This document shows positions 24,253-37,331 of a stretch of DNA of 64,000 bases, in pieces. The notes under the pieces were generated by a model. It ran no database searches and was not told where the DNA came from. It saw only the letters and a list, made by a program, of their open reading frames with translations. The position numbers were made by a program, and so were the translations under genes. Position 1 is the stretch's first letter; every line of letters starts with the position of its first letter. This DNA is from Podarcis erhardii (lineage: Eukaryota). The stretch lies in NCBI GenBank assembly GCA_964252035.1, contig OZ176200.1. The stretch is one strand, 5' to 3'.

Positions 24253-25041
24253 TATAGTAAAACTGTTGGCTTGAAGCCCAAGAAGTGTGAGTGGCTCACC
24301 CATTTTCTTTCTTCTTGCCACTACAGCCATTTGAAAAGCTGCTCCATGGATCCCTTTCTTGCCCTGCACACCCTACACTGTTACGGATGTTCCCCCGACC
24401 TTGAAGAGTGGCTTTACAGAGCAACGCAGGGAAGCCCCCTTATGTGAGCTAACCAGGATCCAAGCCATTGGGAACATTTTGCTAATTCACATCCGCTTGT
24501 GGTTCCTACAGCTTCTAAAGAATGAAGACCACTGTATTCACAGCATCATCTTCCTCTTTGGGGTATGTTTCTGCTGTCTTCAATATCCCTGTATAGATTT
24601 ATGATACCAAACTGGACTGCGTAAAAATTAAAAATTCAAAGAAGCAAATGCCTTTAAACAGCAGGCCAAGTGTTATCAAGAAGTGCTTTAAAAAGAAGAG
24701 GCAACAATGTGCTCTGCTTGGAATGTGCTCTGCTACCATGCATTTTTAAGTACCCTCAAATAGACTTTAGAGCAAGTCCGCCTATTACATTATTGATGTG
24801 ATAATTCGAGTTATCACTTATAACCTGAATGTGCAAATGCCTTTCCATTAATCTTCCCGTTCACAAAGGGTCATTTCTCCTCACTGCATCAGGATAATGT
24901 GGAAGAAAATTGAGACCTGCAGTGTCAACCTGTACAGGTCTACTCAGAAGTAGGCCGTATTGTGTTATTCTCAGACAAGTTGTGTATAAGCAGCAATCCT
25001 ATCCACACTAATTAGGAAGCAAGTCCAATTGCAACCAGTAG

Positions 25042-25407
25042 CATACCCTCCAACATTTCGCCAATGAAAATAGGGACGTCCTATTCAAAAATGAACAAAC
25101 AAACAAATTAATAATAATAATTAATACCATGTCCATATGACTGGGTTGCCGTTCTGGGCGGCTTCCAACATATATAAAAACATAAAACTTTTAAAAACTT
25201 TCCCTAAACAGGGCTGCCTTCAGATGTCCTCTAAAGGTTGTATTGTTACTTATCTCCTTGGCTCGGGGGTCCCATAACTCCATACCCTCCAACACTTCTC
25301 TGATGAAAATAGGGACGTCTTAAAGAAAAGCGGGACTTTCTGGGATCAAATAAAAAAACAGGATGGCTTCTGTAAATCTCAGATTGTCCCTGGAAAATAG
25401 GGACACT
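25042..25407. mobile_element. Composite MITE with a duplicated left end enclosing an L2 3' tail
   Basis: cataccctccaaca…tgaaaatagggacgtc at 25042 and 25281; about 25105-25260 matches the reversed L2 3' end at 46263-46440. Confidence 0.7.
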
Positions 25408-25789
25408 GCAGTAGGGCTTACTAATGAGTAAGGATTGTGTTGCAAAACTCAAAAAGCGCATTGCCCAGGACTTGCTAGAAGTAACATCTGTACTAGTTGT
25501 TTTGGCCACTGTAAAGTTGGAATCAGTTTTCTCTTGCTTGTTTCTTGTTATTTTTATGTAAACTTTTAAAAAAAAGAATTCTCAAAATAAACTTTGTATG
25601 CGTGGAAATGATTTTAGGTCCCATTCATACTATCTTAGCTCAGTTTCATCATATTGAACCAATTCAGTTTTGATAGAGTGACCCACATCACACAAAAGGA
25701 TATCTAAGGGTATTTATTACTTGCTAGTCTACCCCATATTTACCTTGGCTGGGAATCTATGTAGTAGTGAGGGCTTTTCAGCTCCCCTC

Positions 25790-25940
25790 GTAGTGAGTCA
25801 GACCACTGGTCCCTCTATCTCAGGATTGCCTACAATGACTGGCCCATCTCTTCAGATTTCGGACATGGCCCTTTGAACTGAACCTGGAACCTTTTGCATG
25901 CAAATCACCCGCTTAACCACTGAGCTATAACTCTTCCTAT
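25790..25940 (-). mobile_element. Diverged tRNA-derived SINE
   Basis: …gaactgaacctggaaccttttgcatgcaa…accactgagcta (reverse boxes B and A). Confidence 0.6.
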
Positions 25941-28219
25941 GGCTATTCCTCAATGAGACTGAAGGGCACACTTCTGATGTAACCATGTTTTAGAGAGGTA
26001 GAAAATCTTGGAAGCCTAAAAAGAGGTTGTTGGAGAATCACAGCTAATGGAAGGAAAGGACAGAAGACTGGTCAAAACATTTTGAACAAATATTAGAGGT
26101 TTGGGCCTGAAAGATAGACCAGGAAAGAGTTGGCTCTATTCATTCCAGCAATTGAGATGGGTGATATGTTGATGTTAACAGGGATTTGGAAGTACAGAAG
26201 GCATGGAGAGGTTGGATGGATGGTAGGTTAACATCAGAGCTGGGAGGTGGTTGGCACAGCATGTAGCAACTCAGCCAGCAATTGGATGAACAGGTAACCA
26301 ATCAAATAAAACAAGCAAACAAACAAAAAAAAACCCTCTGAAAGTGAGGACTGTGGGCAAAGGGAACAAGCTGCAAGCAGAGATGCTGACTATCTAAATG
26401 ATGAATGAAGTGACAGGGGATTGTCTGTAGGGACAAGGCTCTCCTGAGAAAGAGGAATGGGACGAAATCCAGTTGGCATCAACAACCACGTATTCACAGG
26501 AGAATCACCAGTTACAGATCTGGAAGCCTTGAAAAGACTGGTCCATAGAGTAAATACCTTTAACTTTTGCAGGATTGCCAAAGTACTTAGTTCCACAGGA
26601 TGTGTTTCAGGGTTGGTTAAAGGATCACATAGGTATCTTACCTTGCAAATAAAACCACAGAGCTAATCTAGCATTCAATTTTCTCAAAATCCATTTTGAC
26701 ATGAAATACATTATCCAAAAAGCTCACTGCTAGACTGAAAGTAATGCAGGTGAAAATTGGTACCATCTAAGAAAGCTGGGCCCCTTAAATGTAATTGTCC
26801 ATTCTGAATATACAATTTCCTCTCTCCTATGCATGGTTTGATTCAATCTAAGTGATATTATTAAAGTGAGACCATAAAAGTTTAAGAAAAACCCTTAACA
26901 CTGTTCCTAGCCAATGTTCCATAGTTAAAAAAAAAAAAGTGACAGAGATCTCACTATAGAAAACACATCAGTTATAGTTCAGCACTCTGGATAAAATACA
27001 CACACCATCTTAATACATGTTCAGTTACACAACGTGCCTAGTCTGTCAACTAGCATTCTGCTTCTCATTCACATCAAGGGAGCGTGATCAATGGACAGTT
27101 TACAGTGGATTGTACCCTACAGGTCTAAACATCTCTCTCCATCATTGAGCTGCAGGATGTAAGCCTGGCCTGTGCATTCTTTTTTCCCTGTGGCGAGATA
27201 GTGGCTTTTTATCTCACTGCAATGTCTAGTGCGACCGAGCAAATCAAACATCAGAATGAGACAGAGGGTTTCTTTGCCACCAATGCATACTCCCAGGAAC
27301 ATCTGGCACTGGTGAGAAAACTCTCCACACAACCAGCAATAGCCACAAGAAAAATGGACCATGGGGATAAGCTCCCATGCCAGCTGGTCCATACTGGGAC
27401 TTGTGGGAAGTTCTGCATGCAACACAATGGTACAGTCGGTTACATAGCAATGAAGTCAGCCATAGTACTTGGGTGAGTGAAATGAAACTGATGCAGCCTG
27501 CTCAAGATCTGTGCATTAGAGAAGCAAGTGAAGGCCCATTACTTTTTCTAAAGGTCTGCAAGGGTTTTGTTTTTAAAATGGCACCAGTCTTTACAATGCC
27601 CTACTTTGGTCTGTTTTCTTTTACATGGTACCTAGCTGGTTGTTTCTGGAACTTACACATTTAAGGAGAAACAGCTCCCCTGCCAACTCTCAGAGGTGAG
27701 GGACTAAGAGCTTCAGATGATTCCATGGGGCTGTCATCACACCTGTGAAATCCGTGCCTTGGGACACAGGTCTGGAATCATGACCTTAAAGGACCCACCT
27801 CAGGACCTCAGTCAAGGTATCCAGCCAAATACTAAAAGAAGCAAACAACCACAACAACAACTTTCTTGCCAGGTGAAAGGGGTTGGGGGAGACCAAGCCA
27901 TGCCTGATGAATCTGATCGAGCCTTAAGCACATACCTTGCACAAGAAGCCCCGGACAAATCCATCTTAGCATAGATGCTGAAAAGAGGACTTGTCGTTCA
28001 CCTGGCAAGTCCCCTGCACTGTTTAATAACGCATTTTCAGATGATGGAAACAGAGCTGCGTCTGCAACACTGATCACCAGGGATGCTCTTTATCTTAACC
28101 AAAGGCTTGTCATCTCTCCACCTCATTAAACTAGTGATTCCCTCTAGGGAAAGGGGGGGGGGAGGTTTGGAGGGAGGGGGGAGAAAAACAACAAATAAAC
28201 CTTGAAAAGACATTGGGCC

Positions 28220-28472
28220 TATAAAACAGAGCCTCTGTTGGAATAGGGTGAGGGAAGCTATTCACCCCTGCAGTGCTAAGACTCTGGAAACCCTCCTGCC
28301 TCGCTCCGTGACTTCAAGATAAGTCCAGAATATCCTTCAGACCAAGGAACAACATGACCTCCAAAAAAAGAAAAGGAGAGCATTCCTAAATGACGACTGG
28401 GAGCATCTAGGCTGTGACAACAATTAGTAAATAACCAAAAGACCTGGCATGCACCCAGCAAAAAAGGTAAGT
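28220..28472 (+). promoter_or_regulatory. Candidate TATA promoter and first exon ending in a strong 5' splice site
   Basis: TATAAAA at 28220-28226 with ATTGG at 28212-28216 and a G-rich tract upstream; donor AAG|GTAAGT at 28466/28467; repeat-free context. Confidence 0.35.
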
Positions 28473-29995
28473 GAACCCCGGCTTGCAACAGAATGCTGTG
28501 CTGCAATAACGACCTCATTTCAGTCTCTACTAAGATTTTTTTTAAAAAAAGCAAATTCCCAACTGAATTGTCTTTTCTATGCCCGGAGTAAGCATTTCCA
28601 TAAGATTGAAAAGGAAAAAAAGCAGAACAGATGAAGTCTCTTAAACAACAAACCGGACTGCTGCCTTACCTGATCATTAACAAGCGTTATAAATGTGTCG
28701 TACGAAAGGACCCCCCCCTTCCCCACCTTCCAAAAAAAAAGATACGATAAGAAAAGAAAAGGGATTTAGGAATAACAGTTGTGATGAAATGCTACCTAAG
28801 CCAGCTCTTCTGCTTGCCGGTTCGGAAAAGATTTCCAAGTATTCAAAACTGCTGCATTTCCATTGTGATGGTGGGGGGTGAGAAAAAGGAGAGGGAGGGA
28901 GAGACCTCTGCAGTATCCTTTCTGCTTCAGCCTCGGCTTCCTGTTCTACGGCTCACTCTATGGTACCTAATACAAATCAGCAAATAGCTTGGGAAAAAAG
29001 TGAGGGGGGGAATGGAGGGGGGGGAAGGAGCCCATCATCTTTACAGGACAGCTCCATCTACTGGCAAAATGAATGAACCTGTACTCTGTTTATTTATTTA
29101 TTATTTATTAAATCTGAAAAGCCTCTTCAGCAGAACGGCATCTTTTTCTTTTTTTCTTTTAACCAAGGCTATGAATAGCCACTGTGGGCCACAATCCAGA
29201 GCCATTTCAGAAGAGACGGACTAAAAAGAGGTTATTGTTATTATTACTATTTAAATGCTAACATTTCCAGAATCTTTGCTTTTGTATTTTCAGTTGTTTC
29301 CCTCTCCCGTTATTCGAAGGGTTACTTTTCCTCTTCTCGACGCCCAAAACATCTGCAAGCGAAATTAACTCTTTGGATGGTTTCAGAAAACTGCTAAAGG
29401 TTGCCGTGTGCATTAAGACTGACCCCTGCCCATCCCAAAACAGATTCCCCCCCTTCCTGTTGTGTTTAGTAGAGTGCCACTTCACTTCAGGAACAATGTA
29501 CACATGCAGTAGAATCACAAAACACTGCTTTTTCTGGACTGTTCCACATTAAACTGCAGGTGTGAGGGGTGCGGGGAGAGATTCCATACTTGGAAAAAAA
29601 CAAAACTCTTACACACTGAAAAGTAGGCTAGTCCAGAAACCTTCTCCCTGATATGATAGTCTGAATAACCAGGGAGATTTATGGGAGGAGGGAACACACA
29701 GCTATATGACAAGTCTGAATGGGACAGTGATTGTCCAGGAAAACCTGATTCGGCTACTCATATATAGTTCGGCTGTTACCAGCAGATTCAGGAGCAGCTC
29801 ATGTGGTCGGGTGGAGCTGTCCTCTCAGCACCAGTTTCACTACAGTTTGTTTGGAAGGAGCTGGGGGTAGGACAGGGTAGCAGCAAATTCAGAGCTGTGT
29901 GGGTGCACCAGTAACTGGAGGGTGGCTGCACAGCTCCACCTTACCCCATGGGCCTCTACTGAGTTTAATTATGCGACCAAAGGCATGTAAAGTAT

Positions 29996-30157
29996 CTATT
30001 TATGCATTAATATCCCAACTTTCCTTCAAAAAGTGCTCAAACTGGTATACATGATTCTTCCCTCCACGACAACCCTGTGAGGTAGGTTGGGCTGAGAGTT
30101 GGTGATTGACCTTGGGCCTTTATGACTGAGTAGCAATGTGAAACCTGGTCTCCCTCG
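29996..30157 (-). mobile_element. MIR/CORE-like SINE, diverged
   Basis: acaaccctgtgaggtaggttgggctgagag… CORE-type segment. Confidence 0.6.
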
Positions 30158-30333
30158 CCACCCATTTCCACACAAATAGCGCCATGTAATGTGACTAACC
30201 ATCGCTTGTCACATCTGTGTGTATTTCAAAGCATTCTGATAGCTGCAACCTGCTGCTCCACAAATCGATGGTATCTAAAGCATTTTCCCCCCTAGACACA
30301 GCTTAAAATGGACGGCACAGAATAATTAAACAG

Positions 30334-30334
30334 C

Positions 30335-30377
<43 letters not shown>
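30334..30377. repeat. (CAA)n microsatellite
   Basis: About 14 perfect units. Confidence 0.95.
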
Positions 30378-31213
30378 GGTAGTTTCATTTCCAGAGCTTC
30401 TAGACACAGTGTCAGACACAGAGTATCATTATGATCAGAAAAGTGTTAAGTAGCAAAAAGGTTGCCCTCTACTTCTGTATGCTTGTGAAAGAACCAACCA
30501 TGGAAACGTGACTGACTCTAAGCAAGTGTTTCTGAAAAACCAAACCTTCCATACATATTAGGGTAAAAATAACAAGAACACGAGGAAAGTCCCAAGCCTG
30601 GCCCAAGATGTTATGTTGTCCTGAGGTGAAGGGCAAAGATGGCACCCTCTGCTATGCCACATGCAGAATCCAACAGGCAGCTGAATCTTGCTTCAATGCT
30701 AACACTCAGACGATACCCTCCATCACACCTGAGGGCACCAGCATAAAGCAGTTTCAAACACTCTGAAAACAGTTTAAAACATTCAACCAGGAATTTCAGG
30801 GGTGCCAAGAACAGCATATTTCAGCCATCAAATGCTTGGGTAAAATGCTTGTCCTAAAAGTCAAGGATGAGGGAGACAGATGCACCTCACCAGAGAGGAC
30901 TGTCCACAAATGGAAAACTGCCCCTGAAAAGGCACTTCTGCCCTTCCATCCTCTCCCCACCATTCCTTGTCCTCAGCAGCTTCCGCCTAATGGTATGGTT
31001 GACCCTGGGAAGTTGTAAAGAAGGGGTGGGGAGCCTAGGACCATCCAGGTGGTGCTGGTCTTCAGGTCCCAGCAGCCATGTCCAGTGTGGCCAACAGGAA
31101 TCATAGAAGCTATAGTCCAGGAACATCTAGAGGGCCACAAATCTCACACTCATGTAAAGCAAGTAAAAGTTAAAACACACACAACAAAACACTTCTATCA
31201 CAGTCTTGTGCAT

Positions 31214-31437
31214 TTATAGATAGGTAGCCGTGTTGGTCTGCCATAGTCAAAACAAAATAAAAAAAATCCTTCCAGTAGCACCTTAAAGACCAACTAAGTT
31301 AGTTCTAGGTATGAGCTTTCGTGTGCATGCACACTTCTTCAGATACACTGAAACAGAAGTCACCAGACCCTTCTAAATAGTGGGAAGGTGGGGAGGGGTA
31401 TTACTCAGAAGGGTGGTGGGAATGGGTGATTGGCATT
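31214..31437. mobile_element. Penelope-like element terminal fragment
   Basis: gtagccgtgttggtctg…gtagcaccttaaagaccaac…tgagctttcgtg motif typical of reptile Penelope-like termini (recalled); flanked by gtcttgtgcat at 31203-31213 and 31438-31448. Confidence 0.7.
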
Positions 31438-32364
31438 GTCTTGTGCATGTTATACAGAGTCTTGTGCATGTTATACAGAGGTAAGCCTCACTGTATTCAG
31501 AAGGCCTACCACTAGGTAAGTGTGCATTAAGTTACAGTGTTAGTCTCTCCTTCTCTCCATCTGTTACCTCTTGTAGAAGGAGAAGGTTTCATGAGAATTG
31601 GGGTTCAAGCTTTGTTCCTGGCTGTCTCATCCCCTACAGATGACTAGGACAGTAAGGTGGCAGGGCCACAATCCCTTGCATTTATACTCTCGCTTATTCA
31701 AAGATGCAGGAACGGCTCAGCACACACTCGCAGCAGCCTGAACATCGTAAGTGAGGGAGCCAGGATTGAGTTCACTTCCACATCCTGGGAAATCACCTGG
31801 TGCAGAGAATGAGTGAAATTAAGGCAATGGGACAAATCAATACGGAGACATGGCAGGTTGGGGCAACATAGCATCCATCAACTATAGAAAAAGAAGTGGA
31901 CTCATCAGATCTGATAATCTTGTGGTATCCAGTATAATGTTACAGCCGTTTGGCAGTTTCCTTTCATTGGGTGAATTGTGGGTTAATAGTTCATAATGGC
32001 CCGTTGATGTTTCCTCCATGGGAGCCAATTTTACAGAGATGGCCTTCTGATGCCTGGCAATCTCTCGAGTGTTTTGAAGGAGCAACAGTGACTTCCCTGT
32101 CTATTGGGGATGTAAGGGGCCCATAAAAAGTGTATGTGCATGAGAGAGGCTGGTGGGTGCTGCCTGCAGTTTGGAATAAGAAGAGAGAGAAGCACAGAGA
32201 GCTGGCTAAAGGCATCTCTCTTCAGGACTCTTTCTGTGGGATCTGGTGTAGCAGATCAACTACCAATTAGGAGTGTCAGTTGTTTGCCTCCACTTGGTTC
32301 TCTCTTTGCACATTTGTAAATAAAGCAGATAATAAAGCAAAAAGTGGTATCAGACTCCAGGGCG

Positions 32365-32367
<3 letters not shown>

Positions 32368-32400
<33 letters not shown>
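32368..32400. repeat. (CT)n microsatellite
   Basis: Direct reading. Confidence 0.95.
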
Positions 32401-32403
<3 letters not shown>

Positions 32404-33199
32404 CCAAAGGAAACCCTACCTAGGTAGCACTGCCACTTGGGACTTCTCCTAAGGGAAGTGTGGCACGTGCAGCAATATAAAATCACAAATGCCTGATGCT
32501 TGCTTTAATCAGTCTGACAAAGCTATGTCACAGACCCAAATGCTTTAAATGTGGGGGTTCTTAGAACTGAGTGATAAGTGCTTAGCACCCCATGAGATGA
32601 GTTAGACTATTAAGACAACTATGCAGTAGTTCTAGGGTAGGCAGAGAGCCCAAGCATAAAAATAAACTTCAGCACCCAAAATCTGTAGGACCCAATGGCC
32701 CCTGAGTTACCTATACACATGTACTGCAGACAGAGCTGAGCAGAGAGAGCCTGATTGGAAAAATGCAGTGATGGTGGTGATAGGGCAAGGAGAGCATAGT
32801 AGACTATATCCAGCCTCTCTGAACAGCTAATAAGCACAATTCTTGCTCTACAGAGTGGGCTCCATGTTCACTGCCCCAGAAGCTGAATCAGGAAGGGAAA
32901 CACATGATGCACAGCACTTTATTTAGCTTGGCATGCATTTTCCAGCTTTCGGTTCCACCTGCCTTAATGGAGACAGCCCCCACAATAGAGGGGAATCATC
33001 AGCAAACCAGTTGCTGCTGTAAAGGCAGTAGTGTGGGGTGTGGGTGCAGTGGCAGTGGTGCTGAACTGGCTTTGGCACTGCGCTTGCACCACACTGGCCC
33101 CCTCCCTCCTAGTAAGCACAGCAGCGTGGCTGACAGCACCCATCCAGGCTGGCCACCCCTGCCAAGTGCTGCTGCCAGTGGTCCAAATGTGGAAATCTG

Positions 33200-33652
33200 C
33201 ATCCAGAGTTGCAGGCAGGGGTGGATGTTTCTCCCCGTTTCTCAATTGTCTCATCTTAAGTTCAGTTCTCCCCATTTCCATGTCAGTTTGTGGGCTAGTT
33301 TTTCTTCAAGACAGTCCACATGAAAAATTGTGCGAACTTTTGTGTACATTTCTCCTAACGTATGGATATTTGAATTTTGTCAAATAGGTGCATTTTTCTT
33401 AACAAGCTTTCTCTAATACAAAGCACAATATATCTGAATATTCTTTTCACTAACGTGCATATTTTCTGGTGCACTTTCCGCAAATGTGCACTTTGCCTAG
33501 TTGCAACATATTTGGTTGCTTACAAAATTCGGAGAAGTGTGGATTTTGAAGGACAGCTGCATTTTAGTTCACATCTTGGTTCAGGAAGTGCAGATTAGGT
33601 AAGATCACTTTAAAATGTGAACTGGATTAATTTCCTTCCCATCCCATCCCAT
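33200..33652. mobile_element. AT-rich interspersed repeat, probably derived from a DNA transposon
   Basis: aaaattcggagaagtgtggattttgaaggacagctg…cccatccca end; related to 17640..17843. Confidence 0.5.
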
Positions 33653-34511
33653 CCCTACTTGCAGATAAGGACATCACCACTAACATATGGTCTCAGGAAG
33701 TGCCTGGATTCAGCCCCCTCACTCCCTCCCCAAAAGTGGACCAGCACCATATCAGCTTTGAGTGGTATGCCAGTGGTACACTCCCTCCACCAGTGTTGTG
33801 AACCTGCAGTAGATCAAAATGCCAGGAAACAATTTGAGCACAGAGCCCTGTTCATACATATTGTTTGCCCTTGTGTGAAATGAGTGAATTTTACTTCACG
33901 CATCTCTTTGCCAGACAACATGAACTTATTTAATGTGCTACTTGCATTAAAAAAAAAAGAACTTACGAGAATTAGATTTAATACTTTATACTCTACTGTG
34001 GGCTACTGTGTTGACAGGGGAGTTAATTTCATCACTGCTGCTTTAAATTCTCCACTTTCTTTTCACATTATTTCTTCCCCTGGGGCTGAATGTTTAGTAA
34101 TTCGGAAAAGCCTGAGCTTGGCAGCACTGGAGACTGAAGTCTTTTGTGTGGCAGGACAAGTGCAGTATGGCAAGGAACATGACAAGCTTTGGCCCTGATA
34201 GGGAATGACTGAAGAGGAGGAAGGAAAATATGGAACACCTTCTGTGTGCATTTACTCGGTGACCTTTGTGCTGAGGCTTCAAGTTAGGAGCCTGGTACTG
34301 AGGTCATTTTGCATTTTGCATGAGGAAAACCAGCATCTTATGTTCACTTGACTTGGGACACTCAGTTAATAGCACCATAGTACATAGTACTAATAATCTG
34401 ACTACATGGCCCCTGCACAACTTGGGGTCAAAGTGGACTCTGCCACTGAGCAACCTGAATAGCCATTTGTGTGTATTCCTTATTGTGTGGACAATGTCAT
34501 TATGTCATTTA

Positions 34512-34528
34512 GTCAGTAGGTGGCACTG
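34512..34528 (+). promoter_or_regulatory. Candidate CTCF binding site
   Basis: GTCAGTAGGTGGCACTG; good match to the CTCF core. Confidence 0.4.
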
Positions 34529-34719
34529 AACTCAGGATTATCTGGGTGTAGGTGGGAGCTGCTTCTTCTTGCTCTGTTCTTCTCAGAAGGAGAAATAAAG
34601 ACAATAAATTTATTGTATAGCTTTCTGACTGTGTCATCTAAGCCTTCCACCACACTAATTTGTCTCATTTGTCAAAGTTCTGAACACAAACAGTAAAGCA
34701 CGGCTAATTCTACTCAAGT

Positions 34720-34922
34720 CATAGAATCTAGAGAACTGGGAGGGACCTCAAAGGTCGTCCTATCCAACGCACAGCCAATTCAGGAAAGCCACCACTACAA
34801 CATTCTTGAAGAGTGGCTGTCTGCCTCTGCTTAAAAATCACTTAAAAAAGAGAGTCTACCACCTTCTGAAGCATTCTGTCATGCCACCCATATTATCAGG
34901 AACCTCTTGCTAACGTTTAATC
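34720..34922 (-). mobile_element. Old CR1 3' fragment
   Basis: catagaatctagagaactgggagggacctc…ctgcctctgcttaaaa…. Confidence 0.7.
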
Positions 34923-35110
34923 AAAACCCAGACAGTCCTCACCAACTACACAACATTCCCCTGCTGGATCAGAACAACACCCGTCTAGTCCAGCATCCCA
35001 TTTCCAATATCCAGCCTTTGACAATATATTCCACAAGTTAACCATGCGTTGTTGTAAGTGTAGGATGTGAAACACAAGAGCAGTCAAGTACAACATTCCT
35101 AGAGTGAACA

Positions 35111-35510
35111 TGTTTACACATGGGGAGGAATGTTTGTCCAGCCAGCTGGTAAAATTCTTGTTTCCTTCTGGGCTGGGACAGACTTCCTCTGCATGTGACT
35201 TGAGGTGGGCATGGCCTCACCTGTGCAGGTAACGACAAAAGCACAGGGCAGGGCAGCCATCTCTCTCTCTTTTGACTACATGCATCGAAGAAGGAACATC
35301 TGCTTAGCCAAAGATGCTCTCTTGGCTCCAGCCAAGAAAGGACAAAGGGACTGCCTTCTTATGAGATAGTTTCTAGGTATATGTTACTTTTCTAAGCTAA
35401 GTCTGCCTTCTGGGATGCTATTGTGAACAGAATGATGTGTGAGTAAACCTTTTTATATTTTATACTGTGTTGTGTCTTATCTTTTATGAGGGAATAAGGG
35501 GAAAATACCA
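35111..35510 (+). mobile_element. Solo LTR (~400 bp)
   Basis: TG…CA termini with perfect 5-bp TSD gaaca (35106-35110, 35511-35515); tgagtaaacc…tgtgttgtgtcttat U5-like segment. Confidence 0.6.
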
Positions 35511-36999
35511 GAACAGTTATTATAGAGGATTTAGCGAACCTGAGCAAACGCATCCGCTGCAAGTTTAAAAAGAGGGATTTTACTCTGCTAAATTGTGGAA
35601 CTTGTTAACACAAGTTGGGAAAGGATATAATCAAACAATATATCCTCTCCTGCATCCCTGAACACTCCCACAGTAAGTGCTGCAGAATGGGGGTGGGAAT
35701 GGGGAGGATGCCCTCAGTGGATGCCCTTGCCATGGTCACCACTTCCCATTTTCTTGATATCTTCCTCTGAACCCAATCTGTCTCTACTGCTCCGAAGGAG
35801 AGTGCAAAGAAGTGAAGGCTCCTCCTCATTGGTCCTCGTTGACCAGCTTTTGCTGGGCTAGCAGACCCACTGGAAAAATCAAACGAGGGCACATTTAAGC
35901 AGGTCTTGCAAGATCACAGTTATGGCATTCTATATAAAGAGGGGGAATGCTTTGGCAGGTGTGGCCTCACTCAAAAGATAAACATATTTACCAAGAGCTG
36001 ATTGACACAAGAGTATTTCCCCATCTTGTAGCCCAGTATTATGAATTCTGACTGACAGCAGCTCACCAAGGTCTCAGGCAAAAGCTTTTGTGAACTTTGT
36101 CACCACTTTGGCAGGAATTGGATCTGAATCCTTAGCTGTACAAGGTTCATATGCACCAAAAATTTAGGTGCCCTGACCATAAATATCTCAAAAACTTTTT
36201 AGTACAGTGCAAAAATGTGCTAACAAACTGCTAAGCGTAATTTACTATAGATTGGCATGGGAGACTGTATATAGATTAACCAGCATGTTTTCTTCTATCA
36301 GCCAGTATCTGAGGCCGAAATTCCTCCCCTCAGAGTGTAGAGGTAGCCCTGATTGCTGGGAAAGGGGCTTTTCAGATGAGGAATTACACCCAAGCAGACA
36401 GTCAAGCAGGCCTCATCTTCCATTAAAACTCCTGCCAAACATGCCAGCATCCCACCATAGAGGTTGTTCCAAGGCTACCATGCACACACACCCCTTCCTG
36501 AATCAATGAGGGGAGCTGCAAGATGCAACTTTTCCACAAGAATCAACCCAGCGTCATACATTTTGCCTACACCAAAAAGCATTTTGTATGTTTGTGCTGC
36601 AGTATGCAAGACAGGGAAGCCTCTTTCCATCCAGCACAATGCATGAGTAATCAGGACAGTGGACTGCCTTGGTCCCATGAGCCCAAGCAAGAGAAGAAGT
36701 CCCAGCAGGCCACTTAACAGCTGTGACAGCATGTCTGTTTGATCGCTTACTGCCACCAAACACTGCCTGGTTCTGCATCGTTCTCAGGCTTCTGGGGCAT
36801 TAATCCACTATGAAAATTTGTGTGCTATCACCATCTCTCTCTCTTTTTTATCCTACGCTTTCTCCAATTAGTTTAGGAGGGCACTCCTTCTTTCCACCCC
36901 TCGTTTATGCTCTCAACAACCATGTGAAGTAGGTTAGCTTGAAATACAGTGACTAGTCTTGGGCTGATTGACATCAGGTGCTCTTTTAAAATGTGGAAA

Positions 37000-37117
37000 T
37001 GGGGGGGGGGGTTATTGGGTTGCTTTTGTTTTTGATATCGTGATTTTATATTGTGAACCGCCCCGAGATCTATGAGTATAGGGTGGTATACAAATTTAAT
37101 AAATAATAAATAATAAG
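37000..37117 (+). mobile_element. L2-type 3' tail
   Basis: tgtgaaccgccccgagatct…agggtggtatacaaatttaataaataataaataataa. Confidence 0.6.
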
Positions 37118-37193
37118 AATAGTCCAATGAACTTTGTGGCTATGTAGGAACTAGAACTAAAAAATAAATAAATCGCTATCAGTCTTCCTACTC

Positions 37194-37331
37194 CAGGGAT
37201 AGGGAACCTGTGGCCCTCAATATGTTGTTGGACTCTAATTTCCACCAGCCCCAGTCAGTATGCCCAGTGATGAGGCTTGATGGGAATTGTAGCCCAGAAA
37301 CATCTGAACAGCCACCATTTTCTTACCCTTG
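37194..37331. mobile_element. Palindromic hAT MITE
   Basis: cagggatagggaacc… / …tcttacccttg; TSD tcctactc/tcctagcc (6/8). Confidence 0.7.

Noticed and set aside
26978-26994. Partial RE1-like TTCAGCACTCTGGATA
   Set aside because: The right half-site is too degenerate.
29814-29832. RE1 half-sites in non-canonical arrangement (agctgtcc…tcagcacc)
   Set aside because: Non-canonical orientation; could easily occur by chance.
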